Below are positions 12,860 to 27,057 of a DNA stretch of 64,000 nt, piece by piece. This stretch comes from the human T2T-CHM13v2.0 reference genome, Homo sapiens, in the NCBI RefSeq assembly GCF_009914755.1, contig NC_060929.1; one strand, written 5' to 3'. The notes under the pieces were generated by a model that worked only from the letters and a program-made list of their open reading frames with translations, was not told the origin of the DNA and searched no databases. A program made the translations under genes and the position numbers. Numbering within the stretch: the stretch's first letter is position 1; the number at the start of each line of letters is the position of its first letter.

Positions 12860-13117
12860 TTTTCAGCTGAAAACTCTCTACTCTTCTTTGAAGATACAGT
12901 TCAAGCATTGCCTCCTTTGTGAGGCCTTTCTTCTTCCTGCTAAGAACTGGCCACTCCCTCCTCGATCCTCCCCATGGAAGCAGAGGTAGACTCTCATCGC
13001 AGTGCCCACCATACTTCTTTGCTCTTACACCAATGTCTCTCTGCTTGACTGTGAGATGCTTCAAGCCATTCCATGGCATGCAGTAGACACAGAATAAATG
13101 ATCCTTGGATGAATGGG
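12860..13117 (+). mobile_element. L2 3' end
   Basis: 'ctcttctttgaagatacagttcaagcattgcctcctttgtgaggccttt'...'tggcatgcagtagacacagaataaatgatccttggatgaatg'. Confidence 0.7.
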
Positions 13118-13374
13118 AAAGGCTGAGGCTCTTACCACAGATCCAAGATGCAGGTAGGGATTCCAATATAGCCTGTTACCCAGTCCAGTCATAGAGGAGC
13201 TGAGTGGATAAGTCCTGTTTTCATCAAGGCTAAAATCTTGGATATTGTTAAGGCATCTTGGCTCTGGTACTGTTTGGGACAAAACACTGTAGCAAATAAT
13301 TAAATAAGAGTAGCCTGAGCAGGGATTAGGAAGCAGAAAGAAGTTTAATATCTCTGCATGACTCAGACATACCA

Positions 13375-13910
13375 GGTAGTTTCGGTTGCAGCTAACAGAA
13401 ACACAGCTCAAATGAGACAAACGAATACAAAAAGAATATACTGACCAGCATAACTGAAAGGTCAGGGTGCTAGCTTCAGACATACCTGGGTCCAGTCTGT
13501 ACCCTATGTCATCAGGGGTCTGTCACTTTGGCTCAGCTTTCCTCTATAACCTGTATTCTCACACTGACTCTCCCCATGTGGTAGCAGAAGTGATTATTTT
13601 TTCTTTTACTTTTCTCAACTTACACTGCACCCATTCATCAATCTCAGTAGAAATGGAGTCTCTTTCTCAATGCTTCCAGCAAAATATTTCAGGATTGACT
13701 GTGACTTGGACCAGTCTGGTTCCAAGTACCCCTCACCCAAGCCAGAAGAATAAAAGATGCAGGCTTCCATTGGCAGGTGCTGTGTTCACCCCTGAAACGG
13801 GGGACCCATGGGTCAGATCAACCCCACCAAAGCCCGTGGGCTGAGTAGGGAAGGAGGTGGTGTTATCAGAAAGAGGCGTATAAATGGTAGACGTGAAATA
13901 CAACAGCTGT
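13375..13910 (-). mobile_element. MLT1-type MaLR LTR
   Basis: 'ttcggttgcagctaacagaaacacagctcaaa...cataactgaaaggtcaggg...gcttcagacatacctgggtccag'. Confidence 0.65.
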
Positions 13911-14942
13911 TTCCCGGAGTGGTTAACTAGTATTTTGCTATCTCCAAAGCCTCATTCTTCATTTTGAAAGAGTCTTTCAACTACTCAAGAGCAACAGCAA
14001 AACTGCAGCCATTCTCAGGGTGCTTCTTGGATGGGATGCCCAATGAGATTGGTACAAAACAGAAAAATTTGACATCATTTCTAAGTTTCAGTTGAGACTG
14101 GGGAGAGAAAGGAAAAACCCATCAGTTTCGGGTCTTGAGTAGTAAAACCAGAGTGAGAGGGAAGGGGGGAAAACGCTTGGGATGTAAATGGAATGAACAA
14201 CAGAAAATAATTAAAAAGGAAGTGGCTTCCTCTCGTTTGTCAGTCGGGCCCTGTGAGGAACAAGAGCGGTACCTTTTCTGGAGCCTCAGCTGCTCTGCTG
14301 CCTTTCCAGCCGCCTCCTTGGGAAGAATGAGGTCTTAACAACCAGCATGGTGTCAGGGCTGGCCTCCACCCAAGCCTAAACAGTGCCCCCATTGAGGGAC
14401 CCCAGGGGCAGCCCTGGATGCCTCTCCCTTCTCCTGCTCCCCTCAATGGGCTATTTGTGGGACTAACAAGGACTGGGAGACACACTGCCTATCTCCTCCG
14501 AGGCCCCAACAGCTGCAGGATTCTGCAGGAACTCCACAGGGCCCCTGCACATCCCTGCAAAGACACCAACCGGAGGATGCCGGATTCAGAAAGGGTCTCC
14601 AGGCGCCTCCTGGATGAGGGAGAAAAATACTCCTCAGTTCTTTCCTTCCTCCCAGCCCTTTCTCCCGTCTCCTGGGATAGCGACTCTTCACCCCAAAAAT
14701 ATTTGGTAGCCTGCCTTCCTGCAGCTTGGATACCCTCCCTGTTCTATCCTTCTTGCTGGCTGGGAGAAAGAAGAAAAAGGAGAAATAATCTTCTAAAGCT
14801 GAGAGTTTATGATTGTAGCCATGTCCAAATATTTAATCTTCATTTTCCACTTCCTCTGCTGAGATAAAAGTGACCTAGAGTGGAAAGTGGTAGCTAAAAA
14901 ATTCTCATCACAAACCAAGATCACAGCTACTGTTCCCATTGA

Positions 14943-15276
<334 letters not shown>

Positions 15277-16469
15277 GGAACAGTAACAGTTCCTGTATTC
15301 TATTTCTCCTGAGCCCATTAGGTAATGATTGCTAATTGCCTTGAGGAAAGAGACAGCATACTGTCTAGAACAGATAGGTGAGGAAGAATCATTCCTGACT
15401 TTCTACTTCTATAGGATATAAAGTCTTGCCTGTGTCTTTTCACTTAAGAGATGCAAGTTGACCCCCTCCCCAAATGTCTCCTTCCAGGAGTTTATTGTTG
15501 CACATGAAAATCCTATTCTCGTGATATTCCATGTTTGTTAGTGGAAGCAAGTGTATTCTGCATGAATAGAAGTATGTCTGTTTTGGTGGAACTTTGCTGA
15601 AGTGTAAATACCCATGGGCTCAAGACATCAAGCTTTACAGGTGATTAACTTTAGGGTGCTATGTAGTTGATCCTGTCCTTCCCAGAGTGATGGCTGTGAT
15701 AAAGGGGAGAGGGAACAGCCCCAGGAAAAACCTGTACCTACTTTGCAACGAACAGAATCTGTAGGGGGATCTGGTACAACTTAAACTTTGTTCCCCCCAC
15801 AAATTTTTGCCAGAAGGTTGGGACCTGGCCTCATTCTTCAGGGTCAGGGGACTGTTTCCCATGCCAGTCCATTCTACTTTTGAACAAATCTTACTCATTA
15901 GATCATTGGAGAATCCTTTCTTGCATCAATTTCCATTTGATTTCCCTTAAACATGCAGACATTCATCCTGGTCTTGCCCCACTACTACATGCACTCTAAA
16001 ATCTATAAAATCTTCTAAAATCCATAAGCTCTTCAACCCTTCCATAGAGAAATCACTCATGCCTCCTCCTGAGCTTTTCCATTTTGGGCTAAATCATGGT
16101 TTCTGCAATTTCTGCAACAGTTCCAGATATGATACAGTTGCCTGATTTTTAACCAGCTGGTTGACTGTCTCCAAACTCTGCTTTTTTGTTTTTTGTTTTT
16201 TGTTATTTGTCTTTGACCCTATTAAGTGTATGGAACTCAGCTGCAGTTTGACTAGAGTTAAAATGCAGACAGGCCATTGCCATCCTTTATCAGAGGATTC
16301 TACTCCTGTGAATGCACTCTAAGACTTGATGCTCACCACGTGGCAACCAACTCCCATTGGACTTCCTCGGTGATAAAACTCATGAGACTTTCCACATGAA
16401 CTTCTGTTAAGCCAGTCATCTCCAGTCAATTTGTTTTTTTTAACCGAAGATCTGATATTCATTCCTCAT

Positions 16470-16700
16470 TTAACTTTATCCCCTTAGTTTCAGTCCATTG
16501 ATCTAACATGTGGAGCTCTTTTAGAAATACTGATTCAGTCAGTAAAACCTCTCAAATTTATGTAATCTACAAACATCTAAATATGTCTTCTCTATTTTCA
16601 TTCAACTTGTTGATGAAAGTGAAGATAAGACCAAAAAGCTCAGATATTCGAGACCAAATGTCAGAGACATCACCATGTCCTGTTCAGAGCCATGTTGATA
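16470..16700 (-). mobile_element. L3/CR1 RT-region fragment
   Basis: 'atttatgtaatctacaaac...tcttctctattttcattcaacttgttgatgaaagtg' resembles the reverse strand of CR1 ORF2. Confidence 0.45.
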
Positions 16701-18796
16701 CAACAAAAGCAGATGCCAGATGCTGGAGAGTTCAGTCCTGCTTCCCAGTCCAGAGACACTTCACATAAAGGAATACCACATTTTTGGACATAAGAAAGTA
16801 TTCTATTGTTTTCCTTGAGTTGATATTGGATAGGGGTGTTTGGTATTGCTTTTCATACTATGCACACATAGGATTCTATGGATGCAGAAAGAACAGCCTT
16901 TTATCCTACCTTACACATTACATAACAGGCCTCTGACCTTTAAAGAAGATTATTTTTTATTAAAACAGCCTTCTTGCCAAAGTCCTATGTGCTCCTTTCT
17001 AAGAGAGATTCCCAGATTACAGCTTATCCAATCAATACGACAATAAAAGACACATCAAAACCTTAGCCCTGTATTTTCCTAGGGTTCTCTAAATCCTGCC
17101 CAAAGAGGTGCTGTTTTCATTTCCCAAGAAAAATAGAACCATTCTACGAATTACTTGTGAAAACTAGCTGAAATTCTAAATTCAAGATCTTGCAAAGTAG
17201 ATTTGAATGCTAAGTTAAGACAGCTTTCAAGGTAGAAGCTCTCAGTTTGAATACAGAAACCCGTTTTGGCAAAGTCATGTGAAAAATGCAAGCATGTCCC
17301 AATCAGAAGTTCTCCCAGCCGTTTCCCAGCTTCATGTCTAACAGAGGTTGAGTGTGAGCTGAAGAATGGTTTGAATAATAACATGAGAATAAATAAGTCA
17401 CTTATTTGGGGATTCTAATGGGGAAAAAAAGTCACTAAGTAAAAAGTCACAACTAAGTTGAGATTTGAATTAGCTTCATCATGGAATGAACAAGAAAAAC
17501 CCAAGTAATTCTATTTCTTTTGGAGTTCAAGCCCATCAGAGCATGAATTCCTCTCCTATAAGATTCTATTACAAATAAGTTGGATCATAGCTCACCTTGC
17601 CACATTTCAGCCTTATAAAAGAAGCCTTCCAGAAGGGATTAGCCTTTCTCTTTCCAAAAACCCTGAACAAATTTTCATGTACCCTTCTTGATCATTTTGC
17701 AGGAATTGTTCTGATAAAATAGCATTTCCCTCCTCCAGGTCTAATGCCCATCACCTTCTGACACAGTAAGTGACCAAATCTTTCCCTCATAATATGTCCC
17801 CATTCAACCCTTCCTCTGTTTTCCCTTATTTGCTGTCAGAATGACATAACAACTGAATCCTTCAGGCTCGGGGGCCTCTCTTTTCTTTAGTATTCACATG
17901 TAATTATTTGAACTGCAGGAAGTCTGGTATCCATCTCAAGCTTCCAGAGGCTCTGCCATAGGAGGCTTCTGTTGGGTGGGTGCCGGTCACTCATTTCCCA
18001 ACCCCTGCTCCTGGCTCCTGCTGAGCTTCTCAACCCTCTTGCTCACCCTCACAGCCCTCCTTTCTTTGCAGGTACACTGTTCCCCTTCATTCCGCAAGGC
18101 ACCACTAATGTACAGCCGTATTGAATAGGACTTACACTGAAGGTTTGGAAATTTTGGAAAGGCACTATGCAAAATTGGACTCAGCATCACTGTAGCTAGT
18201 GTCTATCCATAAGGAGTCCCTTCCTGGCTAAGTTACTGGGCCTGCCCTCAGAATGGGGTCTCTGGCACCCTATCCTCTCTGCCTCACTCACCAAGGGAAA
18301 ACTCAATCTTCTTTAACAATAAGAAAGAAGAAGAAAGAAAACAAAATAAACAAATGACCAAAATCTTTAATAACCCAGCAATCCTAAAATGCAGACATGT
18401 CTGCAGTCAGGTTTTGTTTTTGTGGGTATTTTTTAGTAGCAATTAAAAATGTTTAGCAAGCAAAAAATTTAACAAGCAAAAAAAAATTTACGATATAAAT
18501 GTGCAAAATCACTACAGCATTTTTAAAAATCATAGTACATCTATATGATGTAATAGCATTTGGTTATTTAAGGTTATTTGGCTTCCTGTATAAGGTGCAG
18601 CCTCCCAGCAGTTATTTGCAGTGTCTTTCAATGGTAGGAAAATTACTCATTATATAATGTTTAGGGAAATTAGGATCCAAAATTGTATGAAGTGTGACTT
18701 CAACTCCATAAAAAATCTGGAGGAAAGCATGCCAGACTATCAACAGGAATTAAAGGAGCAGGGGTGATGGCTATTTTGTTTCAGTTTCCCTGGGCT

Positions 18797-20410
18797 TTTT
18801 ATTTTTTTTAAATTTTTTTAAAATAATTCCAACTTTTATTTTAGATTCAGGGGTTACCTGTGCAGGTTTGTTACATAAATTTATGGCATGATGCTGAGGT
18901 TTGGGATGGGAATCATCCTGTCACCCAAGTAGTGAGCATGCTACCCATAAGTAGTTTTTTTCAGCCCTTGCCCTGCTTCCTATCTCTCCCCTCTAGTAGT
19001 TCCCAATGTCTGTTGTTCCCATCTTTATGTCCATGAGTACCCAATGTTTAGCTCCTACTTATAAGTAAGAACATGCAGTATTTGGTTTTCTGTTCCTATG
19101 CTAATTCACTTAGGATAATGGCCTCCAGTTGCATCCATGTTGCTGCAAAATACATGATTTCATTCTTTTTCTTGGCTGTGTAGTATTTCATGGTATATAT
19201 GTACCATATTTTCTTTATCCAATTCACTATTGATGGGCACCTAGGTCGATTCCATGTCTTTGGAATTGTGAGTAGTGCAATGAATATGTGAGTACATGTG
19301 CCTTTTTTGTAGTACAATTTATTTTCCTTTGGGTGTATACCCATAATACAGTTGCTGGGTTGAATGGTAGTTCCGTTTTAAGTTGTTTGAGAAATCTCCA
19401 CACTGCTTTCCACAGTGGCTGAACTAATTTACATTTCCACCAACAACGTATAAGCATTCCCTTTTCTCTGCAGGTTCACTAGCATCTGTTTTTTGACTTT
19501 TCAATAATGGCCATTGTGACTGGTGTGAGATGGTATTTCATTGTGGTTTTGATTTGCATTTCTCTGATGATTCATGATGTGGAGCATTTTTGCATACGTT
19601 TGTTGGCTGATTGTATGTCTTCTTTTGAGAAGTGTCTGTTCATGTCCTTTTCCCACTTTTTCATGGGTTTTTCTTTTGCTTGTTGAGTTGTTTAAGTTCC
19701 TTATAAATTCTGTATATCAGACCTTTGTCAGATACATAGTTTACAAACACTTTCTTCCATTCTTTAGGGTGCCTGTTTACTCTTTTGATAGTTTCTTTTG
19801 CTGTGCAGAAGCTCTTTAGTTTAATTAGGTCTCACTTGTCAATTTTGTTTTTGTCGCAATTGCTTATGACTTGGGCATAAATTCTTTCCCAAGACTGATG
19901 TCCAGAATGGTGCTCCTAGGATTTCTTCTGGGATTTTTATAATTTAAATATAATCTTATATTTAAATCTTTAACCCATCATTAATTAGTTTTTGCATATA
20001 GTTAAAGGTAGGAGTCCAGTTTCAATTTTCTGCATATGAAGCTATTCCAGTACCATTTGTTGAATAAGGAGTCCTTGTTTATTTTTGTTGACTTCATCAA
20101 AGATCAGAAGGTTATAGGTGTACGCCTTTATTTCTGGGTTCTCTATTCTGTTCCATTGGTCTTTGTATCTGTTTTTGTACCCAGTAGCATGCCATTTTGA
20201 TTAATGTAGCCTTATAGTATAGCTGAAAGTCGGGGAATGTGATGCCTCCGGCTTTGTTGTTTTGGGGGTTTAGGATTGCTTTGGCTGTTTGGGCTCTTTT
20301 TTGGTTCCATATGAGTTTTAGAATAGTTTTTTCTAGTTTTGTGAAAATGACATTTGTAGTGTGATAGGAATAGCATTGAATCTGTAGATTGCTTTGGATA
20401 GTATTTGCCC
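18797..20410 (-). mobile_element. 5'-truncated L1PA15/16-like LINE (3' UTR plus ORF2 C-terminus)
   Basis: 'caacttttattttagattcagggg...tgtgcaggtttgttaca'; ORF-track peptides 'CWWKCKLVQPLWKAVWRFLK' and 'KKIWYIYTMKYYTA...FAATWMQLEAIILSEL' are L1 ORF2. Confidence 0.95.
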
Positions 20411-20692
20411 ATGTCTTTTAAAGCCCACTGGGTAACCATTATCTTTTATGACCATGAAAATCATTCAGATTTACTTACAGAGACACTGGCCTGGCAGATG
20501 CAAGTCTGTTTTCAGGCTGGAGTTTACCCTAATCCCAGGGAAATATCCCCTTGCACATGATTCAGCTCAAACCTCACTCATGTAACCCTCCATGCCCCTA
20601 CCCCATGTTCCCTTCCCACTGTGCAGCTGATCGCGTTCTCCACCTCCAGCCTATAATGCTTCGTACAAACCTTTTTTAGTCCTTCTCACATC

Positions 20693-21142
20693 TGTATGAG
20701 TCAGGTCTCAGAAACCTCATACTGAAGAGTGTTTAAAACAGAGACTCTTTACAAAGAAGCAGAGTATAAGGAGACTACAAAAGTTAGTACATACCGCTGG
20801 GCAAATTAAGAGGAGCTCTATTACTATCCCTAGGCTGGAAAGGTAAGAGGAAGAAGTAGTTCTCAGAGCTTGGAGGGAGAAGAAGAGGGATGCTTCACAG
20901 GAACTGCAACCTTGAGTAGAGGAATGTAGCCAGTCTGGAGCAAACCCTCAGGAAAGGAGCCACTGGAAAAGCCCTGAGTTTGGCTCTTCCTCCCTCCTTC
21001 CAATTATCTGCTGGTGCTGGAGGGAACTCCAGCTGGAATCCAGGGTCAAGGGAGCCCTTTCCTGTGGTCCATACAGGGCAGCCTCCAAGGGAAGAAAGTG
21101 GACCTTTCCCTTGGAGGGACAAACCAAAGACTGGCCACAACA
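20693..21142 (-). mobile_element. LTR33-like ERVL LTR
   Basis: 'tgtatgagtcagg' start; 'cagggtcaagggagccc...gtggtccatacagggcagcctcc'. Confidence 0.65.
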
Positions 21143-21804
21143 ACGTACTGTCGTGATTGATTCGCAGGCATGCCAAGTGTCTGCTGCCTAAGAGATTCCC
21201 TTTAATTTTACAAAACACTAGAGCTCAAGGCTGCACCCTCTGTACTTCAGAATATCCAGAGCCACCCACCCACGCAGTCCTCTCCCTTCTCCTGAGGCGG
21301 TCCTTGCTACATCCTTCCTGGTTTCTACATCTTTCCTACTCTCTCATTAGCCCACTTCCTGGACATGCTGGACAACACCCTTCTTCCGTCCTATTTCTCA
21401 ACTCAGCATAAATTCAAGGGTTATTGTATGTATCAGATTTCTAACTGAAGGATAGTGGGTAAAGGGGGATAAAAGGCAACACAGAGTGAGGAACAACTTC
21501 AAAACCCTTATTAGATACCTCTTTCATAAATATTCACAAACCATTCTCCACTATGAAGACTTTCTCAGCTATGTACCACCATCTTCTAGAAACCCAGGCT
21601 CCTTCCACAGACTTCTTTTTTCCCTCTATTGACAGCCTTCTAAAACCCTAAATTCTGTTCTACTCTTTTTTTGTCTAAACTTTATTATTTTAATATTTAT
21701 ATTTTAGCATAAAATTTTATATTTCAATATAAAATATTACATTAATATTAATATTAAAATAGTTTACTATTTTAATGCAATTGTCTTTAAAATCAAATTG
21801 GCAA

Positions 21805-22048
21805 GTTTTTTTAATGTTCTTTTTTAAAAACTTTTTCATTTCAATAGTTTTTTGGGGGAAAAGGGGTGTTTGGTTACACAAATAAGTTCTTTAGTGGTGA
21901 TTTCTGAGATTTTGGTGCACCCATCACCCAAGCAGTGTACACTGTACCCTATGTGTAGTCTGTTATACCTCGCCACCCCCCCATCCCTTGGTGACAATGG
22001 CTTTATAGTACAGTTTGAAGTTCAGTAATGTGATGCCTCCAGATTTGT
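21805..22048 (-). mobile_element. Short L1PB-type insertion: 3' UTR end joined to an ORF2 fragment
   Basis: 'ataagttctttagtggtgatttctgagattttggtgcacccatcaccc' (L1PB 3' end) joined at ~21988 to 'ttggtgacaatggctttatagtacagtttgaag...tgtgatgcctccagatttgt' (ORF2). Confidence 0.85.
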
Positions 22049-22225
22049 AATAAAATTAATATTAATAAATAGTAATATTAAAATTAATTATGCTAATTAA
22101 TATTATTGTGATATTTTATATTTTAATATAAAATATTCAATTATATTAATATTAAAATATTCTAATATTTTAATGCTATGCTTTTAAAAATCAAATTACA
22201 AGTTGTATTAAAATTTTAATAGAAC

Positions 22226-22477
22226 CAGGGCCAAGATTAGGGGGAGGAAAGTGAGGAAAGGGTATATACACATGCAGGATCAGATCCTCTCTTTATTTTA
22301 AATTTTCATCCTTTGTTCATCAGGGATTTTGTTTTCATTAATTTTGATTTTTAAAAGACTACTTTATAGTGCAGTTTATCTTAACCACGAAGTTTTTTGA
22401 CATCCCCCTCGACCCCTTTTTTTTTTTTTGTATCCCAGGCAAGTGCCTCACTCAATATCACCTTAGTTATGGCCCTG
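22226..22477 (-). mobile_element. MER96B-like hAT MITE
   Basis: TIRs 'cagggccaagattaggg' / 'ccttagttatggccctg'; internal 'cattaattttgatttttaaaa'. Confidence 0.7.
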
Positions 22478-24779
22478 CCAGTTGAGGGGGCTCAGGGAAA
22501 AAGACTTATCTTTCTACATTAAACATGTCAGTTTAGAAGCTCTTCCAAACCAAAAGGTAAGTTCTTTTCCCAAGCAGAATTTTGTCTTCAAACTCCTGCC
22601 AATTTTGAGAAGAATTTTTTTCTTGTGACCCCTCCCTCATTAGGCTATGAGATCCTTCAGAATAGAAAATGATGCTGTATCCGCTTCCATAGCCCCAGCA
22701 CCCAGACTTGGTAGATGAATTATAAATATTTACTGCATACAAGGATCCAGTGCAGAGCTTTGTAAATTCCATTTGTTATTTGTTGAATATATTCACAGGT
22801 TTTCTTTTTATGTTAAAATCAAACATCTTAGAAAACCAGCTGGCAAGTACCTGAAGACATCATTTAATCTAATCTTTTCATTTTGTACATTGGGAAGCTG
22901 AGGCCAACCTCCATGGTTATACTTGCAGGCAAGTTGCTTAGAGTTTATCCAAAAAAATGATATTTCTGATTGTCAGGGTACTAAATAATTTTGGTAGCAT
23001 CCCAGTAAGCAGAACAGAGTAAAATTCTCCCAGGGGTTCATGAAGCCCCTGCAATAACACAATGCTACTAATTAATTAATTAATACAATGCTGTTATTTC
23101 TGCCAACAGAAATCTCAGAATATGAAAAACACACAAGAGAGGCTAAATGGGAAAATTACTGACACCCAAGCCAATGACCTGAGTCAGAACAACTTTTATC
23201 AGAATGAAGCGCAGAAATATTAATATCAAGAAGCTGAACTTTTAAATCAAAGCCAGAAAATGTATTTGCCCAAGGTAAAGGCATGAGCAGAAGGTTTACA
23301 GAGAGAAGGACAATGATGATAAGGAAAGCTTGCTTCTTTACAATGAATGCATTGTGACAAACTCGTGAGGCACCAAGCAAGCTGACAAGGGTCCCTTCGT
23401 CCTTGCACCTAGGACAGTTTGGCTAAAGGACATCTAGGGTGACACGCCTCAGACAGTCCACATTAATTTCACATCCTGGAATAGCCCGAAGAACCTGTCC
23501 AACCTGACTGTCAGCCTTTTCAAAATCACTTTTGGAATTCTTTGTTCAATCCTGCTTGGTTTACACTGGAACGTCTCTTCTGGGACTTCTCTGGTGACTT
23601 GATCTTTGTCCACAATGACATAGCCCAGGAGACCCACCAATACCCAGATTTGCCCAGTGGGTGACACTAATATTAGATCCAATTAGAAGTGTCAATTCAA
23701 AACAGATGAAGGACACATTTACACACAAGTCAGGGCTGCCACAAATTCATTTCTTCCTCACAATATCCTCTAGCAGAAAAAAGGGCAAACTGACCTTGAA
23801 GAAACCTCCTTTTTTTTATCGGTTACCATGGCAGCATGAACCGTCTCTCCCCAGGGCACCTGCCCATGGGTTTGCACCTGCCAGCTGGTAGCAAGAGTGC
23901 ACCAGCAGCCTTGGTTCCCAGTGGCTGTGCTCACATCATCAACAAAGGTACCAGCAGTGCCAATTGGCTTCACGATATGGATACCTGCCCGCTAAGCATT
24001 GGCCTGGAGCTCAGGGACTTTCACAAAGGCCAGCCAACAGCTGGCAGGCAGGAACCTCCAGGTCATTGTCATCCTGGGCTGAATTGGAACATGCACTTGG
24101 GAGACAAAGGCTCTGTCTGTAACCACAGCATCCCTTCCTCCCTGGGTGTTTTATTTTCAGCTCTGGGTCCCCTGCTATGGGAAGGCCATGTGGCTGAAGG
24201 TGTCTTTCTTGTTTTTTTTTCCCCCCCCCTCCTTTAGCATTGTCCTGCCTTGTGCATGGTGCAGAAAAGCTTTCTCTGTCCCATGTCTAGTTTTATTGCA
24301 AATCAGAGAGCTCACCATAAGTCATCCTGGGCCAGTGGGTTCAGAGGTGGAGCTGGTAACCAGAGGCCATGTCAAACTTCCTCCTCTGGCTCCACACCAA
24401 GGCCTCGGAGGATTTTTTGTCACATGAGGTTACTGTAGTTTCACATCCTCTAAAGCAAAGCTCTGTCGAAACTCTCTATTCTCACATGGCTTCAGCTCAA
24501 ACAACCACCCTACTCAGCTGCCTTCCTAACCCTTTCAAGCCGTGAATCAGGAGACCTGGGTTCCAGTTTCAGCTCAGTCTGCGTGCCCCAGAGCAATGAC
24601 GGGGCCTCAACTTCTTTATCATGAAAATTAAGAGGCCAAAGTACCTTTCACTCAGGTTCCTTTCAACTCTCTCTCCCCTATCTTAAAAAAAAAAAAAAAA
24701 CAACAGCTTATTTTTCCTGTTGCTTTTAGAAGAAACTCTTAACCTGAGACTCTCTAAAAATGAATAGAGATTATTTTGG

Positions 24780-25230
24780 TTTAAAAAATAAATGGCTACA
24801 CACAGCAACCTGACTGTATCTCAAAAATATTATGGTAAATGAAAGAAGCTTCACATACAAAAGAGCTCATACTGTATGGTATTATTAACATGGAATTCAA
24901 AAATAGGCAAAACTAATCTACAGTTTTAAAAATTAGAATAGTGGTTGCCTCTGGCTGTGAGGTAGGAGCAGGGATTACCTGGGAAGGGGCAAGAAAGAAT
25001 TTTCTGAGATGAAGGTTATATTTTATATCCGGTTAGGACTGGGTCACACAAGTAAGCCTTCATCAAAACTCACAGACTGCTACTCTTGAGAGGATCAATA
25101 GAGGTAATAAAGCAATTATAGCAAAATATTAATTGCAGGATCCAAGTTGTGAGTAAATGGGTATACCCTGTTTAATTCCTTCAACTTTCCTGTAATTTGG
25201 GAATCTTCATACTAAAATGTTAGAAAAAAA
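24780..25230 (+). mobile_element. L1ME/L1MC 3' fragments
   Basis: 'ataggcaaaactaatctacag...agaatagtggttgcctctgg'; 'cttcaactttcctgta...cataCtaaaatgttagaaaa'. Confidence 0.75.
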
Positions 25231-26158
25231 CACGTTCTAATACATTTCAAAATTCCTGTCTCACTCATTCTCTCCTTTCTTCCATCCCCTCCCTCTTTCT
25301 TGACATGTGACCTTCTTTTCCCATTAAATGAGTCAATGGAAATGGGAATATTTATTGATTTGAGCAGTTAAGTCACCAGTGCTCTGTGATGACTAACTAC
25401 TTTATCATTCATTGCCCATGGCTTTCAAGGGAAGAGGACAAGCTCTGTGCATCTTTCTCAAAGAAAGCGTTCCTACCTGTAAAAGTCTGTTAGAAAGGAC
25501 TGCAGATTTAATAAGCATCTTTCAAGAGCTCTGTCCCCATTCCAACTCACCCCAACCCTCCAGCCCCAACACATTTGTTAAAAATTCACATTCAGAGATG
25601 CAGGACCCTCAACCTTGGACTTCCCAGACTCCAGAACTGTAGGACATAAACCTCTTGTCTTTACTTTAAAAAATAATAATAACATTCAGTCCCTTTTTTG
25701 AAGGTTTTTATCAGGATATCTCAAACTTAACACTGAAAGGAGGTAGCAAAATTTCTGTTTCCTCCATGTCTTTGTACTTGTAGAAATGGAGGCACAAAGG
25801 TAAGACACAGGTGTGACCAGGCCCTTCGAGTGGTTCAGCTGACTGAATATACACCTAGAGACCCTAAAACAAGCCACAGGGGTGAGAAATCAGAGAATTA
25901 GGAATGCGCAATTTAAAAGCACTGCGGTTTCCAATGTGAATTGACTGGAACTGAGGTTAAAGAAGAATTTCAGCATTTTTTGGTCACCAGTTTCTCAATG
26001 GACCATTTCCTGTCCTCTCACTGTCAAGTTTAGAGAATAAAACAAACCTCAAGGATGTATCTCTGCTCCACACCCTGTCTCAAGGCAAAGTTAGTGGTCA
26101 CCAACAGCAAGATAGCACACACTGCATCTACAAATGTATGTGACATATCTTCACATTT

Positions 26159-26180
26159 TGTGTGTGTGTGTGTGTGTGTG
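26159..26180. repeat. (TG)11 microsatellite
   Basis: Read directly. Confidence 0.95.
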
Positions 26181-26784
26181 ACCACAACTTCAAAGAAACG
26201 AACAAAAGAAGCAACCAATAATCATAATGAAGAGGTTAAATTTTACCAGAGCCAATTGGGCAGAGAAAAAAAATCCAAAAACACAATGAAAACAAAGAAT
26301 ATTAGACCTGTTAAAAAATAATAATAAAAACCTTAGAGTTCATTTTAGTCAAACTTTTCATTTTGCAGAAAAAGAAACTGGATCTCAAATTTCCAATTTA
26401 ATGAAAGTTATGTCTGAGAATCTAAATCTGAGACCTGATCTCACCACCAGAAAATAGGGTTGGAATTGACCTTATAAATAATATATCTAAGCCCCTCAGT
26501 TCACTGGTGAGGAAACTGAGGTTCAAAGAAATTTCAGGGACTACTTCGAGTCCACACTGTTACTTAGTAGGACTAACTCCCATGTGTTTATGCTTCTGAG
26601 GAAGACAGCTTCGGTACCTTCCTTCCCTGTCCAAATCCTATCGGCAGCCTTTATCACTCTTTCGTTCTTTGAAATGAGCAGTTGATGTTTTTCTCATGTT
26701 CTTATACAAATAACCACCTTAATTCAGCTTAGAGACCCACATCTCCTTTCCAACCAGATTAGTATCCCTTACAGAAATTCAGGC

Positions 26785-27057
26785 ACTGAGTCTCCCTCTG
26801 TCGCTCAGGCTGGAGTGCACAACCTCAGCTTACTGCAACCTCTGCCTCCTGGGTTCCAGTGATTCTCCTGCCTCAGCCTCCTGAGTAGCTGGGATTACAG
26901 GCATGCACCACTACGCCCAGCTAATTTTTGTATTTTTAGTAAAGACAGGGTTTCACCATGTTGGCCAGGCTGGTCTAGAACTCCTTACCTCAAGTGATCC
27001 GCCTGCCTCAGCCTCCCAAAGAGCTGGGATTACAGGCATGAGCCACTGCATCTGGCT
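26785..27057 (-). mobile_element. AluSz/Sx-like element lacking its poly-A tail
   Basis: Both monomers present; starts at 'actgagtctccctctgtcgctcaggctgg' with no preceding poly-T. Confidence 0.93.

Noticed and set aside
14418-14867. Longest ORF in the window (149 aa)
   Set aside because: No recognisable domain and no supported exon structure; the length is compatible with chance in a locally GC-richer stretch
19096-19457. ORFs resembling reverse-transcriptase-element protein
   Set aside because: Frameshifted remnants of L1 ORF2 in a truncated old LINE
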